From NCBI GenBank assembly GCA_041567895.1, contig JBFGAX010000005.1:1818-65817 (forward strand): DNA of 64,000 bases, read 5' to 3'. The position numbers were made by a program, and so were the translations under genes. This stretch comes from Acidimicrobiia bacterium. GTDB taxonomy: Bacteria; Actinomycetota; Acidimicrobiia; Spongiisociales; SHLN01. Positions 38,952 to 47,190 of the stretch are shown piece by piece; positions within the stretch are counted from its first letter, which is position 1, and each line of letters begins with the position of its first letter. The notes under the pieces were generated by a model. It made no database searches. It had not been told where the DNA came from and saw nothing but the letters and a program-made list of their open reading frames with translations.

Positions 38952-40493
38952 TCATAGCCGTGCAATCGACGGAGCCAAACCAGGAAAGCGAGCGAGGTAC
39001 TCGGAGCGTTCTTCCTGGAAACGTTCCACCAGGTTCTTGTACTCCTCCAGCCGGTCCTGTGACTCGTACAGGCGTGCCGGCTGCAAGAGGTCGACGTCGT
39101 CGATGCCGGGCACTGCTGCCGCTACCTCATAGCCAAAGTCCGGATCGAGCACCCATTCGATGGTGTCGCCGACGATGCCGGCCACGGCAGCGGCCGAATG
39201 CGAGATGCTCACTTTTTTCGAGCCGGCTGATTCTTCTCTGCCGCCCACCCTTCCGGTGTTCATCACGAAAGCTTGCAGATGGGGCATGGTCTGCAGCAGC
39301 TCGAGCATCCGATTGCCTTGCAGTGCGTCGTTCGTGAAGAAGAACGGGTTGGTGCCGGGGACGCGGAGGTTCTTGCCCTGCTCGGCCGCTCCCCCTGCAG
39401 AAGTGCCCCGGGTTTCACCGAGCATGAAGTACGTCGCGATTTGATCGCGCGCCAGTCTCGCGACCGCGGGCACGATATTGTCGTTTCTATTGAGAATCAA
39501 GAGATACCTGGCCTGCGGCAGATTCTCAGGATGGCGGTGCGGGATGTTCGCCAAAGGAAACGTGGAGCGGCCATTGGCGGTGTGCGTGGTGTCGAAGAAA
39601 TCGACCCGTCCTTCCGAGTCCACCGAGACATTCTCAAGCCACCCGGACGGATGCGTGGTGCCGTAGTAGATCGTCGGTTCGTCCCTGGGATCCAGTCCGA
39701 ATGTCTTGGCGAAGCAACCGTTCTCGGATGAGAACACCCGTCCCCCGGGCATGAGGGCAACAAAATCGTCTTGTACCGGCAACGAGCCGAGTTGTTGTCG
39801 GAAGGTGGTCGTGGTCTTACCTGTTCCGGAAAGACCAATGATCAAGGCTGCTTCCTCTTCTCCGCTCAGGGCCTGATCACCCGGGAACGTCTTCAGGCCG
39901 GCGTGGCAGGCCAGACCACCTTGATCGAAGACATGATGGTTCCACATTCTCAGCCCACCCATCTTCGACTCCCCGAAGTAATCCGATCCGAGGACCCGGG
40001 TTACGCCGGCCTGCAAATCGACCATGATGAGACAATCGTTTGGTTTGCCCGGAGCGGAAAGACCTGGCGTGTAAATCGTCGTGAATTTCGGAGCCCATGC
40101 GGCATCAGGTGGAAAGAAGAGCTGCTGCTGCATCGCAGGAATGTTCGCCTGTGTCTTTTCGATGTAGAGCTGTGCCCCCGCCTGTACTTCAGACGGCGGC
40201 CCGATGTACCCCTCGATCAGAATCATGTCGTGATCGCGAATATAGGCATCCTGTTGAGCTGCCCACGCGGCTGCCTCGGTCGTGCTGATGGCCGGTTTGA
40301 AGCTCTCGGTGTCACTCACGAAAAACGTCGAAGGCGCCAGCCGTGCCGTCACCCTGGCGGTGTAGTTGAGGTTGCCGAACTCGGTTTCCTGTACTCGCGG
40401 CATGTATTCGAGAACCCAGGATCTCATCTCTTCCTGGGTTGGATTCCGGACGACAGACCTGGCCGCAGGCAATTCGAAACTCAATCCAACCAA
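38952..40493 (-). CDS. pckA: Phosphoenolpyruvate carboxykinase (ATP)
   Basis: YFGESKMG, GLSGTGKTT, QDD, ENGCFAKT, ENV, NGR, NPF, NTG. Confidence 0.88.
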   Translation of the reverse strand: MVGLSFELPAARSVVRNPTQEEMRSWVLEYMPRVQETEFGNLNYTARVTARLAPSTFFVSDTESFKPAISTTEAAAWAAQQDAYIRDHDMILIEGYIGPPSEVQAGAQLYIEKTQANIPAMQQQLFFPPDAAWAPKFTTIYTPGLSAPGKPNDCLIMVDLQAGVTRVLGSDYFGESKMGGLRMWNHHVFDQGGLACHAGLKTFPGDQALSGEEEAALIIGLSGTGKTTTTFRQQLGSLPVQDDFVALMPGGRVFSSENGCFAKTFGLDPRDEPTIYYGTTHPSGWLENVSVDSEGRVDFFDTTHTANGRSTFPLANIPHRHPENLPQARYLLILNRNDNIVPAVARLARDQIATYFMLGETRGTSAGGAAEQGKNLRVPGTNPFFFTNDALQGNRMLELLQTMPHLQAFVMNTGRVGGREESAGSKKVSISHSAAAVAGIVGDTIEWVLDPDFGYEVAAAVPGIDDVDLLQPARLYESQDRLEEYKNLVERFQEERSEYLARFPGLAPSIARL

Positions 40494-40586
40494 TCCTTGG
40501 GTAGCAAGCGCTCTGACCAGATTAGGGAATGAGAACGGTGCAAAAGGTCAGTGCTGATTCGAATAGGGTGGACATAGGATTACCGG

Positions 40587-41612
40587 ATGAAGGTAGGAAT
40601 TCTCACGGGCGGTGGTGACTGTCCCGGACTCAACGCGGTCATCCGAGCCGTGGTTCGCCGCGCCGAAGAACATGGCGATACCGTCCTCGGAATCCGGGAC
40701 GGATGGAAGGGACTCATCGAGGACTCAACCCGAATCCTCGACGTTGAGGCTTGTCGGGGCATCCTCGTTCGCGGTGGCACCATCCTTGGCACAACCAGAT
40801 ATCAACCGTTTGCCTTCGAAGGCGGGGTCGAAGCCTGTCGACGAACGTTCGAGCGACACAATCTCTCGGCATTGATTGCCGTTGGCGGCGACGGAACGTT
40901 GGCCGTGGCCGATCGGATGGTCAAAGAAGGTTTTCCGATTGTCGGTGTTCCCAAGACCATCGATAACGACATCAAGGGTACCGAGAGAACGTTCGGGTTC
41001 GACACAGCAGTCCAGACCGCAACCGAGGCGATTGATCGGTTGCACTCGACGGCGGAGTCACACGATCGCGTCATGGTCGTCGAGGTGATGGGACGCCACG
41101 TCGGCCACATCGCGGCATGGGCAGGGATTGCCGGCGGGGCTTCGGCAATTCTGGTTCCGGAGGAACCGTTCGACATCAAGGACATCTGTCAAATCATCAC
41201 TCGAAAGCATCACGAGGGACGCTTCGCCACAATCGTCGTCGTTGCCGAAGGAGCACTGCCGATTCCGGGAACCATGGAAATCCCGGAGCCCGAATTCAAC
41301 GAGTTCGGACAAATCAAGCACGGCGGCGTTGCTTATGAGGTGGCGAGGGAGCTCGAGCGGGGTACGGGTTTCGAGACGCGGGTGACGGTGCTCGGCCACA
41401 TCCAGCGCGGGGGTACCCCCACTGCAACCGACCGGGTCCTCAGCACCCGTTTCGGCGTCGCGGCCATGGACGCCGTGATCGATCGAGACTTCGGCGCCAT
41501 GGTTGCACTCGAGAGTGATCGCATCGTGAGGAAGCGATTGTCAGATTGCGTTGGCGAACTAAAGGTCGTCGAAAACGACCTTCTCCGTGTTGCAAGGGTT
41601 TTCACCAACTAG
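40587..41612 (+). CDS. pfkA: 6-phosphofructokinase (PfkA family)
   Basis: GGGDCPGLN, GGTILGT, GGDGT, PKTIDND, EVMGR, LGHIQRGG. Confidence 0.95.
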   Translation: MKVGILTGGGDCPGLNAVIRAVVRRAEEHGDTVLGIRDGWKGLIEDSTRILDVEACRGILVRGGTILGTTRYQPFAFEGGVEACRRTFERHNLSALIAVGGDGTLAVADRMVKEGFPIVGVPKTIDNDIKGTERTFGFDTAVQTATEAIDRLHSTAESHDRVMVVEVMGRHVGHIAAWAGIAGGASAILVPEEPFDIKDICQIITRKHHEGRFATIVVVAEGALPIPGTMEIPEPEFNEFGQIKHGGVAYEVARELERGTGFETRVTVLGHIQRGGTPTATDRVLSTRFGVAAMDAVIDRDFGAMVALESDRIVRKRLSDCVGELKVVENDLLRVARVFTN

Positions 41613-41615
41613 TCG

Positions 41616-43910
41616 ATGAACCCGATCTCGACATTTTCAGAGGTACGCCAGTCGATTATCGACGACCCACCTACCGGTCGCGGGAGAGATATCGGTGAGC
41701 GCCTGAGTTCGGCTCTCGATGATGCTTTGATAGCTTCGTCCTCCAGCCTCGATCAGTCGTTCTGCCTCGTAGCGCTCGGGAGCTACGGACGGCGGGAAAT
41801 GTGTATCCATTCGGATGTCGACCTCATGATCCTGACGCAGGATCGAAGTCCTGAGAGCACCAAGGCGGCAGTCGATGCCATCTTCTATCCCCTGTGGGAC
41901 AGTGGGCTGAGGGTCGGGCACTCGATCCGGACGGTGCAAGAGGCCATCACGGCTTCGCGCGACTCGTTCGAAACGCTCTGCTCGCTGCTGACCGCCCGTT
42001 TGGTGACAGGCGACGCGGCCCGCTTCGAGCACCTGCAGCAAGAGATGACACAGCTGATCAGAAAGAGACCCATCTCAGAAGCGTTGAAGCAAGAAGAACG
42101 TCTGCGGCGAGATTTGCATCCCTGGCCCATCATGAGCATCGATCTCAAGACGGGCCGGTCGGGTCTACGGACCGCACAGGCGATTGCATGGGACAGGCAG
42201 GCCTCCGGCAACCCGGCAGATACGACAGCGCTAGCGATTGCGGTGGACGACCTGCTTGCGGTGCGAAACGCCCTCCATGCGACCAACGATCGGGCAATTG
42301 ATGCAGTCGTCCTGGATGTGCGCTCGCGTGCCGCTCAGTGGCTGGGGATGAGTCCCAAATCAATGCTTGGAAAGACGCAGACCGCCATTCGTGCCATCGA
42401 GCGAGAGGCCCGTCGTCAGTGGCCCGACCTCGACAAACAGAATCCAGCAGGCATCCGGTTTCGTTTCAAAGCGAAAAAGGCCGTCACCTCGATGCGTACA
42501 TCGGTGATCGCCCAAGCCGCCGATGCCGCCGAAGGCGAACGGCTCCTGAGCACACGAGAACTCGAGCGGGCTTCGATGGAATCCGGTCACTGGAACCCGG
42601 AAAACCGGGGGCACCTGTTCCGGCTGATCGCACATCCGGCATCCGGGTGGCAGGTTTTCGACCAGCTCGTGGAGGTCGGATGGGTCGATCGTTCGATGGG
42701 CACATGGACCCACACCGTCGCACTTCCCCAAATGGCACCTTTTCACGAGCATCCGACGGACATCCACCTCTGGCGAACGGTCGCCGAAATGCAGAGATTG
42801 CTCGAATCGGATTCGAACGAGCCCTGGACTTCAGAGTTGGCCGCATCGCTCGACCATCAACAACTGCTCTTTCTCGCCTGGGTACACGACATCGGGAAAG
42901 GCTTTTTCGAAGATCATTCAGAACGAGGATCGCAGATCATGGGCGCACTCGGTACCCGGCTCGGCATCGAGAAACAACTCTCGGCCAGGTTGCAGAAACT
43001 CATCGAGATCCATCTCCTTCTCGCCAACACCGCAATGCGACGCGACACGAGCGACCCGGCAACCATCCAACATGTCGCCACTCGAGTCGGCGATGTCGAA
43101 ACCCTTCAGATGCTCTACCTCCTGACCATCGCCGATGCCAGAGCGACCGGAACGACCATGTGGACCGAGTGGAAAGCGACGCAGGTCAGATCGCTGTACG
43201 CAAACGTCGATACACATTTGGGCGGGTCCACCATCGCCTCGCCACCCGAAACGGGCTCATGGCTCGACGAGGAGGAACAGCTGCTCAACAGGTCGCTCAT
43301 GGATACGCCGCTATCGGAGCACGAGGTGAGATTGTCGTTTGGCGGTCAGGCGCCTATCTACGTGTTGACAGTTGTCACCCGTGACCACCCCGGACTGTTG
43401 AGCGCCATTACCGGGGTCATGGCGATCCACAACATCTCGGTACAGGGGGCCAGGTTGAGCACGACGGAGGCGGGACTTGCCGTCGATGTGTTCCAGGTGG
43501 CAAACGCCCTCACCGTCGACGAGATCGGACCCGACATCATTGATGCCTTCCGTTCCGACCTGGAGAGCGCCCTGGCCGGCTCCCTGGACGTTCGGGACCG
43601 GTTGGCAACGAAGGCCAGCCACTACAGCCCGGGCCTGGAAACGGACGTCAGAACCCGAATCGACGTAACGACGACAACGGGCGCGACCGTGTTCGAGATC
43701 AAAACCGAAGACCGGTTCGGCCTGCTCCACGACCTGTGCAGATCAATCGCAGACACCGGCCTGGACATCCATCTCGCCCTGATCGAAACCCGCGGTCCCG
43801 AAGCTGTTGACGTCTTCTACCTCACCGAAACCGACGGATCACGCGTGCGTGGCGAGCACGTGATCGAGTTGACTGAACGTTTATCAAAGGCCACGGGCTC
43901 ACGCCAGTGA
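41616..43910 (+). CDS. glnD: PII nucleotidyltransferase GlnD
   Basis: ALGSYGRREM..HSDVDL, HDIGKG HD domain, two ACT domains (DHPGLL, DRFGLL). Confidence 0.9.
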   Translation: MNPISTFSEVRQSIIDDPPTGRGRDIGERLSSALDDALIASSSSLDQSFCLVALGSYGRREMCIHSDVDLMILTQDRSPESTKAAVDAIFYPLWDSGLRVGHSIRTVQEAITASRDSFETLCSLLTARLVTGDAARFEHLQQEMTQLIRKRPISEALKQEERLRRDLHPWPIMSIDLKTGRSGLRTAQAIAWDRQASGNPADTTALAIAVDDLLAVRNALHATNDRAIDAVVLDVRSRAAQWLGMSPKSMLGKTQTAIRAIEREARRQWPDLDKQNPAGIRFRFKAKKAVTSMRTSVIAQAADAAEGERLLSTRELERASMESGHWNPENRGHLFRLIAHPASGWQVFDQLVEVGWVDRSMGTWTHTVALPQMAPFHEHPTDIHLWRTVAEMQRLLESDSNEPWTSELAASLDHQQLLFLAWVHDIGKGFFEDHSERGSQIMGALGTRLGIEKQLSARLQKLIEIHLLLANTAMRRDTSDPATIQHVATRVGDVETLQMLYLLTIADARATGTTMWTEWKATQVRSLYANVDTHLGGSTIASPPETGSWLDEEEQLLNRSLMDTPLSEHEVRLSFGGQAPIYVLTVVTRDHPGLLSAITGVMAIHNISVQGARLSTTEAGLAVDVFQVANALTVDEIGPDIIDAFRSDLESALAGSLDVRDRLATKASHYSPGLETDVRTRIDVTTTTGATVFEIKTEDRFGLLHDLCRSIADTGLDIHLALIETRGPEAVDVFYLTETDGSRVRGEHVIELTERLSKATGSRQ

Positions 43911-43929
43911 CAAACCCGGGTTCATCGAG

Positions 43930-44004
<75 letters not shown>

Positions 44005-44092
44005 ATATGTGAGGCGTAACGGTAGTCGCAGTTCGGTGCAGAGGGGATTCGGTCACGTCAGCGGTGGAGTCGCTGACAGCTGCGTACCGACG

Positions 44093-44602
44093 CTACGTCT
44101 GAAACCGGAAGCGCGTGAGGTCTGTCGGGAAATCAAACCAGGCGAGAGCCTTGGACGGGCGGAAGACCATCAAGCCACCCGCATCAGCTCCCGACCATGA
44201 ATCGGCTTCAGGCGTGTATCCGAGACCTCCATACTTCCGGCCAATCTCGGCGGCGAGCGATTCTGCCTGAGCTCCCCGCAGCGGTTCGGACGCCGCCGTG
44301 ATCCCGTCGACCACGATCGCCTCCCGCCCGTCTCCAATATGCAGGGTGCAAGCCGGATTCGCCGAAGCGTTGCGGGCATGCAGCGTGTCCGGTGAGCCGT
44401 CGTAGTAGAGCGCTTCTGCGAGCCAGGCACCCCAGCGCGGAACCACGTGTGGCCTGCCATCAGGTCGGGTCGTTGCCATCCAGTAGTGCAGCGACTCGAC
44501 CAAACGCTCCTCGACCACGGACCATTCGAGCAACCCATCGTCTGACTCCGGAACTCCATAACCATCCGGCATCACCGGCCGATCACGGACAGGATCGCTC
44601 AT
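44093..44602 (-). CDS. Pyridoxamine 5'-phosphate oxidase family (split-barrel) protein
   Basis: MPDGYGVP..LLEW, WMATTRPDGRPHVVP.W, ARN..ANP. Confidence 0.85.
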   Translation of the reverse strand: MSDPVRDRPVMPDGYGVPESDDGLLEWSVVEERLVESLHYWMATTRPDGRPHVVPRWGAWLAEALYYDGSPDTLHARNASANPACTLHIGDGREAIVVDGITAASEPLRGAQAESLAAEIGRKYGGLGYTPEADSWSGADAGGLMVFRPSKALAWFDFPTDLTRFRFQT

Positions 44603-44694
44603 CCACCGATGCTAAACGTCGGGAGCCGCAAGCGAGGCAGAACGAATCTCCCAGGACGGTCGGAGTCAGACAAGCGCATATCGACAAAGGGGTT

Positions 44695-44991
44695 GGAGCT
44701 GCAAACCAACCCCAAGAGCAACGCCTCAGGCGTTCCCCGAGATGATGCGAGCGCAAAAGCATCCCGCGGGTTCGCATCCAACAAGGGATCGATTCAAGCG
44801 ATGAGAGAGATTCGAATCCCAAACGAATACTTCGGAACGCGGAGGGAGTGGGATTGGAGTTGTGAAACAACTCCGGGCAACGCCGTAGGCGGTGCTTCGA
44901 ACCCCTGCGTGAGCCGAAGGCGAGCGCAAAATAAGCATCCCGTGGGTTCGAATCCCAAACGAATACTTCGGAACGCGGAGGGAGTGGGATT
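44695..44991 (-). repeat. tRNA-Ser(TGA)-linked tandem repeat (period about 136 bp) with an exact 45-bp direct repeat that includes the tRNA 3' end
   Basis: TTCGAATCCCAAACGAATACTTCGGAACGCGGAGGGAGTGGGATT at 44811-44855 and 44947-44991; degenerate further unit near 44695-44780. Confidence 0.88.
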
Positions 44992-45064
44992 CGAACCCAC
45001 GGAACCCCTTACGGGGCTCAACAGTTTTCAAGACTATCGCCTTCGTCCGCTCGGCCATCCCTCC
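44976..45064 (-). tRNA. tRNA-Ser(TGA)
   Basis: GGAGGGA acceptor stem, anticodon arm ATAGT-CTTGAAA-ACTGT, long variable arm. Confidence 0.95.
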
Positions 45065-45104
45065 AGACCAGCAGGCTACCGCCCACCAAACCACTCAAGA
45101 ACAC

Positions 45105-45327
45105 CAAGCTTTGAACCCGCGCCGGACGAAGGCGCGGACACACAAGCATCCCGTCTGATCGATTCCATCAACGGATCGATACAAATATCACGCCATCCGG
45201 ATGACGTCCCACGACTGTGGGACGGGAGTTGCGAAGCAACTTCCGAGCAACGCCGTAGGCGGTGCTTCGAACCCCGTCCGAGCCAAAGGCGAGGACACAA
45301 GAAAGCATCCCGTGGGTCGAATCCCAC
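45105..45327 (-). repeat. tRNA-Ser(CGA)-linked repeat homologous to the Ser(TGA) repeat
   Basis: About 100 bp at 45225-45327 aligns with 44856-44957 (GCAACGCCGTAGGCGGTGCTTCGAACCCC...GCATCCCGTGGGT); degenerate copy near 45105-45170. Confidence 0.85.
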
Positions 45328-45346
45328 AACGAAATGCATGATTACG

Positions 45347-45437
45347 CGGAGGGGGTGGGATTCGAACCCACGGAACCGTTCACACGGCTCACGGCATTTC
45401 GAGTGCCGCGCACTAGACCGGACTATGCGACCCCTCC
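45347..45437 (-). tRNA. tRNA-Ser(CGA)
   Basis: GGAGGGG acceptor stem, anticodon arm CGGCA-CTCGAAA-TGCCG, long variable arm. Confidence 0.95.
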
Positions 45438-45495
45438 GAGGGTGCATACGCGGCCCCGGATTGTAGACCCGGAGTTGACCTCGGACGGAGAGCAA

Positions 45496-45523
45496 TTGCC
45501 GGTGCTCGCCCGACTGGTACGCT
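45496..45523 (+). promoter_or_regulatory. Housekeeping sigma promoter of tRNA-Ser(GCT)
   Basis: TTGCCG-N16-TACGCT with extended -10 TG, 10 nt before the tRNA. Confidence 0.55.
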
Positions 45524-45533
45524 TTGGCCTCCT

Positions 45534-45627
<94 letters not shown>

Positions 45628-45780
45628 AAACGTTCGTGCAATTGACTGGGGACCGAGAACTACTCATCCGATCCCCGCCCTTCGGGCGTCGGTACCTAGA
45701 AAAAAGGCACCGCTGACTCCGATGAGCGTGCATATGCACGTCGGTGCATATGTTCGTCGAGGTTGCCGTAGAATCGAGCC

Positions 45781-47109
45781 GTGGAGATCACGACAATCCG
45801 GACCGATGGGCTGGGAGACAGCACATACGTTTTGACTTACAAGGGTCAGGCCGTGATCGTCGATCCCCAACGAGACATTGAACGGATTCTGGCCGAGCTC
45901 GCCGATGTGACGCCCAGGTTCATCCTCGAAACTCACCTCCACAACGACTACGTCTCGGGAGCCAGGGATCTTGCGAAGAAGACCGGGGCTGAGCTCGTCC
46001 TGCCGGCAGCCGCCGCCCCTGCGTATCGACATACGCCGGCTTTCCACCTGGAGGAGTTGGATCACACCGATGGGATGACGATCCAACCCCTGCATACACC
46101 AGGGCACACACCCGAACACACGTCGTATCTGATCTTGCTCGAAGACCGCCCTGTATTTGTTTTTTCGGGTGGCTCTTTGCTTGTCGGATCTGCCGGGCGG
46201 CCGGATCTTCTGGGTGAGGAACGAGCTGACACCCTCGCCCGCCTGCAGTACGGATCCGTGCATCGCCTGGCACAACTTCCCGACGACGTCGGCCTTTATC
46301 CGACGCATGGCGCCGGCTCGTTCTGCACCGCCACGAAGGCAGCCCGTGACACTTCCACGATCGGCGAAGAGAAGAAGAACAATCCCGTGCTTCTCTTTCC
46401 GGACGAAGACACCTTCGTTCAGTCACAGCTAGGAGGGCTGGTTCCGTATCCGCGGTACTACGCAGAAATGGGTCCGGCGAACCTCTACGGCTACCCGCCT
46501 CCTCCAGACTCGAAACCGAAGGTTATTTCGGCTGACCAGCTGGGAGAATTTCCGGATGCCCACGTCGTAGATATTCGAGATCGAAGGGCGTTCGCCGGCG
46601 GCCATATTCCCGGATCGATCGGAATTGAGCACGGCAAAGATTTTGCCGTGTGGACGGGATGGCTGCTTCCATTCAACGCCGAGTTGGTTCTCGTGGCCGA
46701 TCCGGGACAGAACATCGACATGGCAATCGACGACCTCTCGAGGATCGGATTCGATCGAGTCGTCGCAGTTGTCACCGACGTTGCCGGCTATCCCGGCGAG
46801 CTGAGGAGCTATGAGGTTGTGACCCCCGAAGCGGCTCGTGATCTCGAGCATCAGACGCTCGATGTGCGGGATCCGATTGAGTGGAAAACCCAGCATCTCG
46901 ATGGATCCGTCTGGCGATATCTCCCCGACCTGTATGCCCACGGTGTACCAGACGCCATATCTCGAGATGAACCGGTATTGGTCGTATGCCGGACCGGCAA
47001 CAGAGCATCGATCGCCAGTGCGCTGCTTTTGGACAACGGCTATCAACCGGTTGTGGTCGTCGACGGCGGTGTGGCGGAAATGGCCGATCAAGCCGTTGCT
47101 CGCACATAA
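45781..47109 (+). CDS. MBL-fold persulfide dioxygenase-like protein fused to rhodanese domains
   Basis: VDPQRD, ETHLHNDYVSG, TPGHTPEH, GRPDL, PTHGAGSFC; GHIPGS pseudo-rhodanese and C-terminal CRTGNRA rhodanese. Confidence 0.9.
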   Translation: MEITTIRTDGLGDSTYVLTYKGQAVIVDPQRDIERILAELADVTPRFILETHLHNDYVSGARDLAKKTGAELVLPAAAAPAYRHTPAFHLEELDHTDGMTIQPLHTPGHTPEHTSYLILLEDRPVFVFSGGSLLVGSAGRPDLLGEERADTLARLQYGSVHRLAQLPDDVGLYPTHGAGSFCTATKAARDTSTIGEEKKNNPVLLFPDEDTFVQSQLGGLVPYPRYYAEMGPANLYGYPPPPDSKPKVISADQLGEFPDAHVVDIRDRRAFAGGHIPGSIGIEHGKDFAVWTGWLLPFNAELVLVADPGQNIDMAIDDLSRIGFDRVVAVVTDVAGYPGELRSYEVVTPEAARDLEHQTLDVRDPIEWKTQHLDGSVWRYLPDLYAHGVPDAISRDEPVLVVCRTGNRASIASALLLDNGYQPVVVVDGGVAEMADQAVART

Positions 47110-47190
47110 TTGGCTTTCCAATTCAGCGGGCTTTCAGATAATCTGACCACTCAGAGTGATGTACGTTCTCACGGGGATCCGGGAAGGCTT

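Noticed and set aside
44976-45064. tRNA-Sec (selC)
   Set aside because: The anticodon is TGA (reads UCA, Ser), not TCA, and the acceptor stem is a normal 7 bp
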